A DNA stretch of 64,000 nucleotides from Escherichia phage vB_Eco_F27. Location: the sequence record OP870146.1; one strand, given 5' to 3'. A model generated the notes under the pieces. That model was not told the DNA's origin and did not search any database. It saw only the letters and a program-made list of their open reading frames with translations. The position numbers and the translations under genes are program-made. Positions 1-10,845 of the stretch are shown here, one piece after another (the stretch's first letter is position 1; each line of letters begins with the position of its first letter).

Positions 1-2275
1 ATTCTTCACCTTCTTGAAGCATACGACGAATACATTCTTTAAGAGCTTTCTGTACTGCTTTAGGGGTCGAAGATTTCTGAGTTTCTAGACCCATGATTTT
101 GAGTTTAGGCTCGGCGTAACGAGTACCTTCCATATCCCACACGTTTAATGCATAACGTTTCTTACCAGTCCAGAATCCACCAATACCTTTAGAACCGAGC
201 GGAGGACCAGCGATAGCTTCTCGGTCCATGAACATTAAGTGTTGTTTATTGTTCATGTATTCACACATTTCACGGAAACCTCTATCAATAGCAGGTTCCA
301 TACGTTCACGTGCAAACTTATCTAAGAAGTCTACCCAATGGTTAGTATCGCGGAATTTAGATTCACCGACCTTATCGATAATTTTATCGGCGGATACGTA
401 AATAGAGTCTGTATCACCATAAAGAACGAAAGCTTCACCTTCTGTACCACAAACTTCATTCAGATATTCATTAACTTTACGTTCAATCCACTGTAAAGCC
501 ATTTGACCAAATGTTGTGATTGCAGTTGCATTACGCAAATCGTAATAACGGAACCAAACGTTTCCAAGTGCACCATAAAGCGAGTTGATAAGCAATTTAC
601 GGTTAATTTGTGCAGTCATACCTGCAACTTCAGTACGTTGAGCTCTAAACAACATTTCATTAAGAGATTTAGCAGACAACTTTTTAATCTTTTCTTTAAT
701 CTCATCACTGAAGTCGAAACGATAATCAACATCTAATGGTTCGTCAACAGAAAGATTAGGATTATGCAATGCCTCTTTAATTATTTCGCCATTACGTTGA
801 GCTGCAAGCATGTAACCTTTATGTTCTTTACGTTGATTAAAGACCTTAGTGATTTCAGTTGGAACTACACCATCACGGTCTTTATAATACATCATGCCGT
901 TAGGAGAGCAACTGTACACATCTGAAGGACGTTCAGCGATTGCGTTAATATAATCATGCAGTGGAGCTACTTTAAACGTTCCTGCTATTGTTTCAGGGCT
1001 AATATTCACTTGGCGAATAATACTTGGATACAGAGATGTAAGGTCGAAACTCATTACATATTTGTATCGATTTGGAATAGGTTCCTTAACAAAAGCGCCA
1101 GGATAAGGTTGAACCGGGTGAGAACGACCTTGTGGAATCACCTTGTTCTGCTCTTTAAGGCTATTAAAAATAATAGCATCCCATGTTTTAATTGGACTGA
1201 ACACAGATTGAATCTGAATTTTAGCATAATAACCCATGTCCAAACTCAAGTTGATGAACTGACGCTTAGCATCAATTTGCAATACACGATATACGTCGAT
1301 AATGTTATAAGAAATATATCGTTGGTGATTGCTTTCACGAAGTTTAGAAATAGGACCGTCGTATTTCAGTTTACCAACGTTCAATTCAAATTCTGAAATG
1401 TAATCCAGAGAATACGACGGTTGGTTCGTGAAAGAGAACTTTTTGTAAAGGTCAATGTAATCAAGAACAGAGATACCGAACAATGTAATGATTTCACGAG
1501 AACCATACATGTTTTCGATAACTTTAACACGAGTTTTACGATGTGGTGATAAACGTTTAGCGGTAGATTCGCCAAAAATATTCTTGATTCGGTTATACAC
1601 ATATGGAATATCAAATGACTCAACGTTCCATCCAGTCAAAATGACAGGAGTTTTCTGTTGCCAGAAATTGAGATATTCCATCAATAATTCTTTTTCATTA
1701 TCAAACGGCATATAAACAATTTTGTCGATAATTTCGGATGGAACTTCATCACCACCTTGTTCTTGAAGCTTAGCCGCAATTTCGATAGACCATTCTTCTA
1801 CATTACCATATGGAGAATTCAATAGATCAAATACGTAGAACCTGTCGTCAATTGAGTCATAATGGGTGATAGCATCAATCGGATGTTTTGCTTGTGACGG
1901 CTCAGGGAACCCGTCCGGAGATGTTACTTCGATGTCGAAGTTAGCCACACGAATTTTTGTATGGTCGTATTTGATTTCATAGTTATAAGTGTCAGACAAA
2001 TACGCCAATTTGAAATCGTCCATGCCAAGTGCTTCAAGTCCGATATCTTCCATGCGTTTAATCCATTGTGAGGCATCACGCATATTAGCGAACAACTTAC
2101 GAGTACACGGCTTACCATAGATATCGAAATATTTCGTAGCCTGACTTTCTGGACAATGAGCAAACAGTGATGGTTTATATTCTACTTCACGAGTACGTTC
2201 ACGGCCATTAGAATCGATGTAACGTTCAAAAATTGAATCACCGATCTGTTCAACCGTTAAGTAAAATTCTTTCAT
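1..2275 (-). CDS. 43: DNA polymerase gp43, N-terminal ~758 codons. The gene runs off the window start, so the ORF track does not list it.
   Basis: Minus-strand translation from ATG ~2275 gives MKEFYLTVEQIGDSIFERYIDSNGRERTREVEYKPSLFAHC... including SLYPSII, YGDTDS and KKRYAL motifs. This is a family-B polymerase matching RB69 gp43 as I recall it. Confidence 0.9.
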   Translation of the reverse strand, partial: MKEFYLTVEQIGDSIFERYIDSNGRERTREVEYKPSLFAHCPESQATKYFDIYGKPCTRKLFANMRDASQWIKRMEDIGLEALGMDDFKLAYLSDTYNYEIKYDHTKIRVANFDIEVTSPDGFPEPSQAKHPIDAITHYDSIDDRFYVFDLLNSPYGNVEEWSIEIAAKLQEQGGDEVPSEIIDKIVYMPFDNEKELLMEYLNFWQQKTPVILTGWNVESFDIPYVYNRIKNIFGESTAKRLSPHRKTRVKVIENMYGSREIITLFGISVLDYIDLYKKFSFTNQPSYSLDYISEFELNVGKLKYDGPISKLRESNHQRYISYNIIDVYRVLQIDAKRQFINLSLDMGYYAKIQIQSVFSPIKTWDAIIFNSLKEQNKVIPQGRSHPVQPYPGAFVKEPIPNRYKYVMSFDLTSLYPSIIRQVNISPETIAGTFKVAPLHDYINAIAERPSDVYSCSPNGMMYYKDRDGVVPTEITKVFNQRKEHKGYMLAAQRNGEIIKEALHNPNLSVDEPLDVDYRFDFSDEIKEKIKKLSAKSLNEMLFRAQRTEVAGMTAQINRKLLINSLYGALGNVWFRYYDLRNATAITTFGQMALQWIERKVNEYLNEVCGTEGEAFVLYGDTDSIYVSADKIIDKVGESKFRDTNHWVDFLDKFARERMEPAIDRGFREMCEYMNNKQHLMFMDREAIAGPPLGSKGIGGFWTGKKRYALNVWDMEGTRYAEPKLKIMGLETQKSSTPKAVQKALKECIRRMLQEGEE

Positions 2276-2337
2276 TTAATTTCCTTTAGACGAGTTATTG
2301 TCTTTTGTTTGTTGATGAACTTATTATACTCCAAATG

Positions 2338-2352
2338 GGACCGAAGTCCCAT
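2338..2352 (-). other. GGGAC-UUCG-GUCCC tetraloop hairpin in the regA-43 intergenic region, upstream of the gene 43 ribosome-binding site
   Basis: Plus-strand gggaccgaagtccc. On the minus strand this is a 5-bp GC stem with a UUCG loop. The same motif recurs at ~23729 and ~41390. Confidence 0.5.
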
Positions 2353-2356
2353 TGCT

Positions 2357-2734
2357 TTAATTACCAATTGTATATTTTGCTTTCAAAGTCCAGTCATCTT
2401 TCTGTTTAAAAGAGATAACTCGGAAGTTATTAGTCAGGCCAAACAGATCTTCACGAGCAGAGTCTTCAATAACAATCAATCCCCAGTCTTCAAGCAACTG
2501 AGCAATCGAATCACGTCGTTGGTAGTCTTCACCATCGATATCAACTTGACGTCCGTCCATACGCAGCATTTCTTTAAAGTGGACGATATAGTATTTACCT
2601 TGCTTTTGGAGGATATGACAAGACTGGTAAAGGACTTTATCCTTGTTATTAGCGATGCCCATACGGGTCAAAGTCTCTTTGACTTTCAGAAAATCTTCAG
2701 GGTTCTTCAATTTAATTTCAATCATTTTTACCAT
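2357..2734 (-). CDS. regA: RegA translational repressor
   Basis: 125 aa, ...[46 protein letters not shown]...[11 protein letters not shown]. Close to T4 RegA. Confidence 0.9.
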   Translation of the reverse strand: MVKMIEIKLKNPEDFLKVKETLTRMGIANNKDKVLYQSCHILQKQGKYYIVHFKEMLRMDGRQVDIDGEDYQRRDSIAQLLEDWGLIVIEDSAREDLFGLTNNFRVISFKQKDDWTLKAKYTIGN

Positions 2735-3291
2735 TCCAATGCTAATTTTTTAAATTGTTTTTGTTCTTTCACATTTTTTGTAACTTCTTTGAGAAACTCA
2801 TCAGTGACCATGGCCTTCAGTTCTTTAAGGACTATTGGCAACTTGTTATTTTTTTCAAGGAGCCGCTTATACACAGTAGCATCATTCATGTTGATTGTGT
2901 AATGTTTCATCAACAGTTTGATAACTAGTAACTCTGAAGTGTCTTCGACTAGTTTAGCCCATTTAGAGAATCGTCGGCCACGTGGAATTGCCGCCATCAT
3001 ATAGTTGAAGTGCGCTTCATCACTTAATTCAGAACCGACCAAGTTCATCATGTAAACTGCGGGCATACATTCTGGAAACTGGGACAATGAGTTTTCAACC
3101 ATAAATTTTGAGTAGTCAACCTGAGCAATTGACATCGATTTCTTTTCATTAATTGCGTTAATGATTTTAAAGAATTCGTTCTCAGGTTTTTCTTTAAACA
3201 TGTCAGCACATTTTTGAATCGCATCAGCGTCGTTAGACTTCCATGCGATTTGGTGCTCGTTAAGTTGGACGTCATCATCAAATAAGTTCAT
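2728..3291 (-). CDS. 62: clamp loader small subunit gp62
   Basis: 187 aa, same length as T4 gp62. Position between regA and 44. C-terminus ...[16 protein letters not shown]. Confidence 0.9.
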   Translation of the reverse strand: MNLFDDDVQLNEHQIAWKSNDADAIQKCADMFKEKPENEFFKIINAINEKKSMSIAQVDYSKFMVENSLSQFPECMPAVYMMNLVGSELSDEAHFNYMMAAIPRGRRFSKWAKLVEDTSELLVIKLLMKHYTINMNDATVYKRLLEKNNKLPIVLKELKAMVTDEFLKEVTKNVKEQKQFKKLALEW

Positions 3292-3292
3292 A

Positions 3293-4255
3293 TTATTTCC
3301 AAGTCAATTCACAAGTCAATTGAAGAAGCATATACATAACATGTAATTCAATATTACTAGCTAGTCCATGAAACTTATTATTTTCACCTGCAATTTCATA
3401 AAGCGAAATAATACTTTTACCTGGTGCGACTTTGTCATAACACTCAGAAACTAATTTATCGATGAACCATGAATAATCAGCGGCATATTTTGGAGCTAAT
3501 GCACGAAGCTGTTTGATATCTTTATTTTTCATTGCTTCTATGACATCATCTACCGTGCCACGATCATTGGTTACAATCGACAAAATACCTGCATCAAGAA
3601 CACCTTTAGACGAGTACTGGTCTAATTGACCAATTGTACGACGAAAGTCCGGGAAGTTCTTTTTAACCAGAGCTGCAACAACTTTCATGTCAGCGATTTC
3701 GATATTTTCGTTCTTACAGATTTCAACCATACGATGAATCATTTTCTTCATCATCGAGATTTTATCTTCTTCGGTTGGACGACCGAATTCGATAACTCGA
3801 CAACGACTACGTAACGGTTCGATAATTCCATCGATGTTGTTGGCAGTAATAATAATAGAACAGTTACTAGAGAATTCTTCCATGAATGTACGAAGGTGTC
3901 GTTGTGATTCAGCAAGGCCACTACGGTCAAATTCATCGATAACGATAACTTTAGGCTTGCCTTCCATTGAGACTGAACGAGCAAATGCAGTTAACGGACC
4001 GCGTACAAAATCAATTTTACAATCAGAACCGTTGACGAACATCATTTCAGCGTTGATATCGTTACATAATGCTTTTGCCACGGTTGTTTTACCGGTACCA
4101 GGAGAAGGAGAGTGTAAAATAATATGAGGAAGTTTTCCTTTAGATACTAAAGACTTGAATGTTTCATGGTCATACGCAGGCAGAATACATTCGTCAATGG
4201 AAGAAGGACGATATTTCTGTTCTAGAATGTGTTCTTTGGAATTGATAGTAATCAT
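3293..4255 (-). CDS. 44: clamp loader ATPase gp44
   Basis: 320 aa. Walker [11 protein letters not shown], Walker B VIVIDEFD and SRC motif. T4 gp44-like. Confidence 0.95.
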   Translation of the reverse strand: MITINSKEHILEQKYRPSSIDECILPAYDHETFKSLVSKGKLPHIILHSPSPGTGKTTVAKALCNDINAEMMFVNGSDCKIDFVRGPLTAFARSVSMEGKPKVIVIDEFDRSGLAESQRHLRTFMEEFSSNCSIIITANNIDGIIEPLRSRCRVIEFGRPTEEDKISMMKKMIHRMVEICKNENIEIADMKVVAALVKKNFPDFRRTIGQLDQYSSKGVLDAGILSIVTNDRGTVDDVIEAMKNKDIKQLRALAPKYAADYSWFIDKLVSECYDKVAPGKSIISLYEIAGENNKFHGLASNIELHVMYMLLQLTCELTWK

Positions 4256-4330
4256 GTAATTTTCCTCATTATCATTAAACTGGAGGATTTCTCCTCCATA
4301 ATCGTACTACATTAAACGTAAAGCTTTGAC

Positions 4331-5017
4331 TTAGAAGTCGTGAGTAGAATCGGCTTCCATCGCAATAACATAACTTACTTGAGAGCTTTCAAACTTGGCT
4401 GCAACTTTATCACCAGCTCCCCACAACATTACTTTATAGTTACCTGGCTGGATTTTCATATTAGCCATATTGATTACGAAGTTAAAGTTGTTAGAACCAT
4501 CATAATCGGTAAGAGTCAAAGAATACTTAGGACGAGTTAGTCCGGAATCTTCAACTTTATTATAGCCATTGATAACAATTTTACCATCTTTATTTGTAAT
4601 AGCAATTGTATCAATCTGAAGTCCACGTGAAACTCGAAGCAATTGTTGAAGGTCTTCAGCTTTAATTTCAGTAATCACAGAAGCCACTGGGAATTGAATT
4701 GGCTTATTAGGAAAAACAATGGTGCTCTTGTCGGCAGCAGGCCAATAAACTGTGGAACGTGTATCTGCAATTTTAATATTGCCATCAGTATGCATTGAAA
4801 TTTCGGCATCATCAGACACTAGACTCAAAATGCTTAAGAAGCTATTCAAATCATAAAGTGCTACGTCAAAATCAATTTCATCAGAGATATTTGCTTCCGC
4901 ATAAGTGGTGCCATTAACTGCGCGAGTCATAATAAATTTACCTTGACTCAGCAGAATGCCAGAGTTAATAGAGGCAAAGTTTTTCAGAATAGCGATAGTA
5001 TCTTTAGACAGTTTCAT
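4331..5017 (-). CDS. 45: sliding clamp gp45
   Basis: The ORF track gives 4331..5032 with a TTG start. The internal ATG at 5017 (MKLSKD...) has a GGAAA SD and yields 228 aa, matching T4 gp45. Confidence 0.9.
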   Translation of the reverse strand: MKLSKDTIAILKNFASINSGILLSQGKFIMTRAVNGTTYAEANISDEIDFDVALYDLNSFLSILSLVSDDAEISMHTDGNIKIADTRSTVYWPAADKSTIVFPNKPIQFPVASVITEIKAEDLQQLLRVSRGLQIDTIAITNKDGKIVINGYNKVEDSGLTRPKYSLTLTDYDGSNNFNFVINMANMKIQPGNYKVMLWGAGDKVAAKFESSQVSYVIAMEADSTHDF

Positions 5018-5059
5018 TTTATTTCCTTTCAAGACAATTCAAAGTTTATAACAAATTTA

Positions 5060-5476
5060 TTACGCAGCAACCATCTGCTTTTTAATAGCTTCAGGCAGTG
5101 ATTCAATATATTCTGGAATTTTAGAAGCAACAATTTCGCCAGCTGCAATTAGTTGTTCGTCGGCATCAACACAGTAAAAATCTTCAAGGCGTTCAGAACC
5201 GTCTTTATCAAGAACGATTTTAGCACCTGCTTCGATAGAATCTTTATAGTGCTTACGCATCAAATGAATCCACATATCAGACACATCGTTATCAATAAAA
5301 CCATAAATCATAAAACGAGTTTCTTGTGGCAAAGATTGGAGTTTTTTAGCACTTGCGTCATCACAATGCAGGACCCATGCTTTACGAACACGATTATGGT
5401 TATGTGGGTTAGCGTCAGTACGGATAGAAGTAACTTTCAGATCAGCAGCAGTGAAACCTTTAGCAGTAGTAAACAT
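5060..5476 (-). CDS. rpbA: RNA polymerase-binding protein RpbA-like
   Basis: 138 aa ORF in the T4 rpbA position between 45 and 45.2. Confidence 0.55.
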   Translation of the reverse strand: MFTTAKGFTAADLKVTSIRTDANPHNHNRVRKAWVLHCDDASAKKLQSLPQETRFMIYGFIDNDVSDMWIHLMRKHYKDSIEAGAKIVLDKDGSERLEDFYCVDADEQLIAAGEIVASKIPEYIESLPEAIKKQMVAA

Positions 5477-5488
5477 ATTATTTCTCTC

Positions 5489-5689
5489 TTATTCGTAGAA
5501 GTCGGTAACTGTCCATGCGGAATTGCGATTAGACATTATTTTATTATACTCATCTTTAAAAGCAGATTTGAGCATTTGTTCAGTAACAATATGTTCTTCA
5601 CCTGAAAACGTATTGGTCAAAACATATTTTTTAATTTCAGGGACAACGAGAAGATGTTGTCCAGTTGAATACTCCATGTTGTTCTCCAT
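5489..5689 (-). CDS. conserved small protein (T4 45.2 position)
   Basis: 66 aa ORF; synteny. Confidence 0.45.
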   Translation of the reverse strand: MENNMEYSTGQHLLVVPEIKKYVLTNTFSGEEHIVTEQMLKSAFKDEYNKIMSNRNSAWTVTDFYE

Positions 5690-5731
5690 TTAATTTGATG
5701 TGGTCATTATAACCACATCGTGTTAAAGCGT

Positions 5732-7420
5732 TTATGAAACAGTCATTACAGTAAATCGTCCAACTTTGCTCATTTGCAAATGTTGTCCATAACGTTGAGG
5801 GTCATGGTCCCTATGAGAAATAATGAACACGTTAGTATTTTGTAAACTTCCAAGAATGGTATCTATAGCCTTAACAGCTTCAGAATCAACTGCCCCATCA
5901 AAAACCTCATCAAGAATCAGAGTGTTGATTTTAACACCAGAGACCTTTTCAGCAATATCTCGCCATGTAAACAACAACGCGATATCAATGCGTGCTTTTT
6001 CACCTTGACTAAATGAAGCATAACTAAAATCTTCACGACCACGTGATTTTATAGATTCATTGAATTCTTCATCAATAGAAAACACGTAATCAGCTTCCAT
6101 AATTTTAAGATAATGGTTAATCTGCTTGTTGAACAGAGGCACATATTTTTTAATGATAGCACCTTTAATACCAGAATCTTTTAACATATCTGTGATAATA
6201 CCACGATGGTATTTTTCAAGAACGGTATCCGATTTTGTTTTAATGATTTTATCAAGTTCTTTTTGAAGCAAAGCTATCTCATCGGCATGGTCGATAAATT
6301 CTGCTGAGGCTTGCTCTATTGCAGCTTTAACTTTCTTAGCTTTATCAATAGTGGCAATCATTGCTTGTTTCTTGGTACGAATATCAGATGCAAGGTCCTG
6401 CTTAGTCTTAACATTAGCTCTATATTCATCAACTAGGACACTCAGATTATCTCTGTGACAGGTAAGTTGCTCGAATGAGTGATTACATTCATGAAGCTTA
6501 TCGGTAATCTTAGAGACAATAGGGTCACCCTGGTGCAATTGTGATGCACAAGTAGGACATGTGCCACCGTCATGATACATCTTAATAACTTTGTTATATG
6601 AGTCAATTTTAGATTTAATCAAGAATGCTTCTTGTCCTATCTTATTGAATGCCTCAGTAGGGTCTTCATCAAGAACGATATTAAGTAGTCGCTCATTAGC
6701 TTCTTCGATTTCTGCTTTTAATGAACGAGCTTCTTTGGCTAGGTCGTCATACATATTCTGTAGACGCGCTACATTATCACCAGATAATTTCTTTTGACGT
6801 TCGATATTCTCATTATAAATCTTAATTTGTTGGATAACACCATCTTTCTTGGCATCGAGAACTTGCCCCTGGGAATTAAGTTCGCGAACTTGAGACTTAT
6901 TGATTTTATCCATTTCAGCGAGTGTGCCGACTTCTAAAAGGTCTTCGACAAGTTTTCTACGAGCAGGGGTGCTAAGAGCCATGAAAGGGGTATACCCTGC
7001 CGTCCCAAGCACAACGATCTGTTTAAAAGACGCGTATGACATTCCGATGCTACGTTCAAATTCTTCTTGGAAGTCACGACTGCTGGCAGATTCATCGAGA
7101 CGAACACCGTCAACGGAGATTTCGAAAATATTGGGCTTTTGGCCGCGTCTAATGAAGTATTTTTTATCATCGAATTCCATCCAAAGCTCAACTAAGAGCT
7201 CTTTCTTGTTCGTGCTATTAATGATTTGTCCTTTCTTAACATCACGAAATGGTTTACCGAAAAGTCCGAAAGTAATGGCTTCTAACATCGTAGATTTACC
7301 ACCGCCATTTTTACCAGTGATTAATGTCTTTTGGACTTTATCTAATTGGATATCAATAGGATTCCCACCTACCGACATGATGTTTTGATAACGAACACGA
7401 TTTAATTTAAATGATTTCAT
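5732..7420 (-). CDS. 46: recombination endonuclease subunit gp46 (Rad50/SbcC-like ATPase)
   Basis: 562 aa. Walker A GKNGGGKST, CPTC zinc hook, LILDEVFDG D-loop. T4 gp46-like. Confidence 0.95.
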   Translation of the reverse strand: MKSFKLNRVRYQNIMSVGGNPIDIQLDKVQKTLITGKNGGGKSTMLEAITFGLFGKPFRDVKKGQIINSTNKKELLVELWMEFDDKKYFIRRGQKPNIFEISVDGVRLDESASSRDFQEEFERSIGMSYASFKQIVVLGTAGYTPFMALSTPARRKLVEDLLEVGTLAEMDKINKSQVRELNSQGQVLDAKKDGVIQQIKIYNENIERQKKLSGDNVARLQNMYDDLAKEARSLKAEIEEANERLLNIVLDEDPTEAFNKIGQEAFLIKSKIDSYNKVIKMYHDGGTCPTCASQLHQGDPIVSKITDKLHECNHSFEQLTCHRDNLSVLVDEYRANVKTKQDLASDIRTKKQAMIATIDKAKKVKAAIEQASAEFIDHADEIALLQKELDKIIKTKSDTVLEKYHRGIITDMLKDSGIKGAIIKKYVPLFNKQINHYLKIMEADYVFSIDEEFNESIKSRGREDFSYASFSQGEKARIDIALLFTWRDIAEKVSGVKINTLILDEVFDGAVDSEAVKAIDTILGSLQNTNVFIISHRDHDPQRYGQHLQMSKVGRFTVMTVS

Positions 7421-7671
7421 ATGTATTCTCTTCGAATGAAGTCCTCTACATATTTTAACATGTCATCTCTATCAGCAAAATATTCATCTAGTTCTGCATA
7501 CATAACAACACCTGGTGCGTACTCACAGGTAACATACATTGTTCCAAAGAAACGAGGAGTTGATTCCTCGTAATTCTCAGTCCATTCAACGATACCAATA
7601 TAGCCGTCACCAATACTAAATTCATGACGATGGATTTCATAATCAGTCTTCGTCATTATACGCATCCTCAA
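7417..7671 (-). CDS. hypothetical (T4 46.1 position)
   Basis: 84 aa ORF with ATGA overlap onto gene 46. Confidence 0.45.
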   Translation of the reverse strand: MRMRIMTKTDYEIHRHEFSIGDGYIGIVEWTENYEESTPRFFGTMYVTCEYAPGVVMYAELDEYFADRDDMLKYVEDFIRREYI

Positions 7672-7900
7672 TACACGCTTCAGCCATTTTAATAATAGAG
7701 CCGGGAGTATCGTTGTCCATTATATTAAAGCTAAATTCAATAGCCCAGTCGGTGCAGACATGAACTGCTTTAACTTCATTGCCTTCAACGCGTAATGGCT
7801 CAATCCAATACTTGATGGTGTTCTCGAATCCATCATCATCTTTAACGTCTATTTCAACTTCAAGCCCGAGCCCAGCATTGTTAAATTCATCTAAAGTCAT
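7643..7900 (-). CDS. hypothetical (T4 46.2 position)
   Basis: 85 aa acidic ORF. Confidence 0.45.
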   Translation of the reverse strand: MTLDEFNNAGLGLEVEIDVKDDDGFENTIKYWIEPLRVEGNEVKAVHVCTDWAIEFSFNIMDNDTPGSIIKMAEACIEDAYNDED

Positions 7901-8916
7901 TGTGTTGCCTCAATATAAAGTTCGTTGGAATATTTGACCAGCGCTTCTCTGTCTTCGTCTGAGATATCTGGAATCGCGTCAATATATTCTTTAATGATAT
8001 CTTGAAGTGATTTAATCTCGATTTCCTGGTCGTCATCAGATTCAACACTGTTATCAACTTTAGAAACCATACGAAGAGAGTGAACTACTTTTTCAAGTTC
8101 AGATTCAAACTTAGTCAACTCTGAATCAATTTCTGATACTATAACACGTACGGCTAGATTAGTATAATCAGAATAATTAATTTTGCCTTTAAACGGATAA
8201 GTGATTCGTCGATGCCATGTTGTTTCATTAGGAATAAATTCCATACGTTCAACATCAGTGTCAAATACCCAGAATCCGCGTGGGTCGTTCTCATCGCCTG
8301 CAGTAAGGGTCCATGGTGTCCCAATATATTTGACGTTAGCAGCTTCAGAGATTGTGTGGAAGTGGCCGGACCAGACTTGTTTATAGGTCTTTAAGAAATC
8401 AGGTTCAAGCCCATGAGACTTCATTCCTTTATAGAAATAAAAGCCATTCAGTTCCCAGTGACCAACACAATACGCAGCAGAAGAAGTCTTGATGTGCTCT
8501 AATATTTCACCTGTATTTTCTTCACACATCCATGGAACGATATCAATCAGACATCCGTCAAAATCTACAGTAGTCGGATGCTCGTAAATAGTAAAGTTTT
8601 CAAATTGAGTTAACAATTCAGAAACAGTGTTAGGTGTTATTGTATTCTTAAACGCCATGTCATGGTTTCCTATCGTGACATGAACGTGAATGCCTGCTTT
8701 AGAAATCATATCAACGATTTCACGATTGAATTCCATTGTACGATGTGTTATTGCTTTACGGACGTCAAACCAATCACCGTACTGAATCCAAGTTTTAATC
8801 CCGTGTTTCTTAGAGTATTCAATTGCTTGATGAATACCATCACGTTGAATATCTTGAACCCATGGGTCGTCTTGTTTGACTCCGATATGGAAGTCGCCTA
8901 AGTGCAAAATTTTCAT
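7897..8916 (-). CDS. 47: recombination endonuclease subunit gp47 (Mre11/SbcD-like)
   Basis: 339 aa. Phosphoesterase motifs GDFHIG, GDWFD, GNHD, GHWEL, GHFH. T4 gp47-like. Confidence 0.95.
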   Translation of the reverse strand: MKILHLGDFHIGVKQDDPWVQDIQRDGIHQAIEYSKKHGIKTWIQYGDWFDVRKAITHRTMEFNREIVDMISKAGIHVHVTIGNHDMAFKNTITPNTVSELLTQFENFTIYEHPTTVDFDGCLIDIVPWMCEENTGEILEHIKTSSAAYCVGHWELNGFYFYKGMKSHGLEPDFLKTYKQVWSGHFHTISEAANVKYIGTPWTLTAGDENDPRGFWVFDTDVERMEFIPNETTWHRRITYPFKGKINYSDYTNLAVRVIVSEIDSELTKFESELEKVVHSLRMVSKVDNSVESDDDQEIEIKSLQDIIKEYIDAIPDISDEDREALVKYSNELYIEATQ

Positions 8917-8962
8917 ATTATTTCCTCATTAGTTAATTCATTCTATCATCCGTTTATAAAGC

Positions 8963-8987
8963 AAAAAAAGGAACTCCGAAGAGTTCC
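8963..8987 (-). terminator. rho-independent terminator (minus strand)
   Basis: ggaactc-cgaa-gagttcc hairpin (UUCG loop on the minus strand) followed by a U7 tract on the minus strand. It overlaps the stop codon of the upstream small ORF. Confidence 0.6.
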
Positions 8988-9160
8988 TATCCACATAGTA
9001 CACCATACAGAGGCTCATTTGAACTTTTAAATCGAATGGGCTTGTACGTAATAGTTCCTTCGGCTTTAGCTTTATCATAAGACTCTTTAAAACGTCTCAT
9101 TCTTTCTGCTTTGCCTTTACGGATTTTATCGAAATTTTCAGAAGTCGGGATGTTCGTCAT
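8987..9160 (-). CDS. small hypothetical protein (57 aa, below the ORF-track cutoff; T4 47.1 position)
   Basis: ATG at 9160 preceded by GAGAGG. Translation MTNIPTSENFDKIRKGKAERMRRFKESYDKAKAEGTITYKPIRFKSSNEPLYGVLCG. Confidence 0.4.
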   Translation of the reverse strand: MTNIPTSENFDKIRKGKAERMRRFKESYDKAKAEGTITYKPIRFKSSNEPLYGVLCG

Positions 9161-9199
9161 GCATAAGCACCTCTCAGAAAATACCTAAACCGATTTCTC

Positions 9200-9406
9200 T
9201 CATTGTTTCCACCATTTCTTAACTTGAAATGAATCAACCCACACGAGTTGTTTTGGGTCTGCCTTTACAATAGGCGGACAAATTTCTGTAATAGAACCGT
9301 CATGATATTCCTTTTCAGAAATTTTAACACAAAGAGGACCTCCCAATTTAAGGGTGAACCCTGCGTTCAGCTTCAGACGTTTAAACTTTGTTTGAACTAG
9401 CGCCAT
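9200..9406 (-). CDS. hypothetical (55.x region)
   Basis: The 73-aa ORF is trimmed to the internal ATG at 9406 (MALVQTKFKRL...), which has a GAGGA SD. Confidence 0.4.
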   Translation of the reverse strand: MALVQTKFKRLKLNAGFTLKLGGPLCVKISEKEYHDGSITEICPPIVKADPKQLVWVDSFQVKKWWKQ

Positions 9407-9704
9407 TAATGATGTCCTCAATAGCCTGACGAGTAGTAACCCACTGGATTTTAATTAACTTGTCATTATATGGTTGTCGTAGAATATCCCGAGATTTCTT
9501 AATAGCATATTCGTAAGCTTCGAAGTTGTTTTGAATTGCTGCTTCTTGAGCATGTGCATAAAGACGGTTTAGTTCAAAACGATTCTTTTTAAGAATCTTT
9601 TCGGATTTTTTACGTGCTTCAGCTTCATTTTTCTTTTGGATTTCTTGTAGCATTTTAGCTACTGCATCTTCTGCTTCTTTATTTTCAATAATCTCGGTAG
9701 TCAT
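9381..9704 (-). CDS. hypothetical Lys/Glu-rich helical protein
   Basis: 107 aa ORF. Confidence 0.45.
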   Translation of the reverse strand: MTTEIIENKEAEDAVAKMLQEIQKKNEAEARKKSEKILKKNRFELNRLYAHAQEAAIQNNFEAYEYAIKKSRDILRQPYNDKLIKIQWVTTRQAIEDIINGASSNKV

Positions 9705-9705
9705 A

Positions 9706-9921
9706 TTATCTCATTAAATTAAAATAAAAACGTCCGTCCTCTTCAATACAGAACTCGTACTCAACTGGAGTTCCATTTATCGAAAATGACACGTCATGTG
9801 GGTTCAAAGGGTCGATGTCAAAATTAATTTTAAATTCTCGACCCAACAGTTTTACCAAATAAGGGATTGCTTCGTCAAAAGGTTCTTCTAAGTAGTTAGA
9901 GATGTCAATTGTCATCCTCAT
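9706..9921 (-). CDS. hypothetical
   Basis: The 97-aa ORF overlaps the gene 55 3' end. The likely real start is the internal MRMTIDIS or MTIDIS. Confidence 0.4.
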   Translation of the reverse strand: MRMTIDISNYLEEPFDEAIPYLVKLLGREFKINFDIDPLNPHDVSFSINGTPVEYEFCIEEDGRFYFNLMR

Positions 9922-10462
9922 ATAAAAAATCCAAACTAGGCGAATCGCTAACAACTTCCTTCTTTTCAGCCCCAGGAGCTTTATAAGCGGATTCTTCATA
10001 ATGCGTCATTTTATCGTAGATGTCTTGAATAAACGTTTCATCTACCAACGCTACCATATCATCGTCATGACTGTCGTAGACATTATGAACGAAGTAACTA
10101 TATTTCTTTGCAACTTCCTTACGTTCTTTTTTGATACGTTGGACAAAAGCATTAAAACAAGCTCGAGTTATGTATGCATGTGGGTTATTGTACTTAGTTT
10201 CGTCGAAATTATGAAGTCCCTTAATAGAGGCTTCAATCCCATCTGCAATCATCTCCTGCTTCCAAGACTGGGTATATCCTGAAAAGTTGAAACGTTTGGA
10301 CAGGCCTTCGGCGATAAGCATAATTGCTAAACCGATGGTATCATTCTGACGAATAATTTTGTTTGGGTCTTTATTATTTAAGAGCTCCTTTTTCCATTCG
10401 ATTATAGCGGCGAGAAGCTCTTTATTATTCACATAGTTATTTTTAGGTTTTTGTTCAGTCAT
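9905..10462 (-). CDS. 55: late-transcription sigma factor gp55
   Basis: The track gives 9905..10480. ATG at 10462 ([17 protein letters not shown]...) has an AGAGG SD and gives 185 aa. It is near-identical to T4 gp55 over [57 protein letters not shown]. Confidence 0.9.
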   Translation of the reverse strand: MTEQKPKNNYVNNKELLAAIIEWKKELLNNKDPNKIIRQNDTIGLAIMLIAEGLSKRFNFSGYTQSWKQEMIADGIEASIKGLHNFDETKYNNPHAYITRACFNAFVQRIKKERKEVAKKYSYFVHNVYDSHDDDMVALVDETFIQDIYDKMTHYEESAYKAPGAEKKEVVSDSPSLDFLYEDDN

Positions 10463-10617
10463 AAGTACCTCTTGGCTCAATTCATAGGTCTATTATATCA
10501 TAATATTTAGAGACCTATCTTAAAGCACGAGATACTATCAAAGATACGTAACTTTTATAAAGTTGTCGACTTAAAATTCACCAAACTTTTCTTCGGTTAT
10601 AGTGATTCGAGATAGTT

Positions 10618-10845
10618 TCATTCTATTTCCTTTGCTGCAAATAAGGCAGCATCCAACGAATCAAATTGGTCAACGAAATCAATATTCAACGCATCGTCAA
10701 CCGTAGCATATAACCACCATTGTTTGAATTCGTATTCTAGAATAAATCCAGGACCTTCAATCTGAGGAAGACCTAGGCTATTTGTACCAACTTCGTAACC
10801 AGCTAGACGCAAGTCATTAATCAAAGTTTCTGTTAATACGCTCAT
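10618..10845 (-). CDS. hypothetical
   Basis: 75 aa ORF. Confidence 0.45.
   Translation of the reverse strand: MSVLTETLINDLRLAGYEVGTNSLGLPQIEGPGFILEYEFKQWWLYATVDDALNIDFVDQFDSLDAALFAAKEIE

Noticed and set aside
1-2277. No long ORF is listed by the track at the left end, although the region is clearly coding.
   Set aside because: The gene is real. The minus-strand translation from ATG ~2275 is an uninterrupted gp43 polymerase. It is omitted only because its stop lies outside the window.
3626-7388. Numerous 60-160-aa ORFs antisense to or overlapping genes 44, 46 and 47 (e.g. 3834..4127 +, 6900..7388 +, 6934..7191 -).
   Set aside because: They lie wholly inside well-conserved genes in other frames or on the other strand. 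They have low-complexity translations and no SD. They are typical spurious ORFs.
9905-10480. Extended N-termini given by the track for gp55, gp45, NrdC, lysozyme, gp4, gp6, gp11 and gp5.4 (TTG/GTG or upstream ATG starts).
   Set aside because: In each case an internal ATG with a canonical SD reproduces the T4 protein length and N-terminus, and the extension would overlap the upstream gene or promoter.
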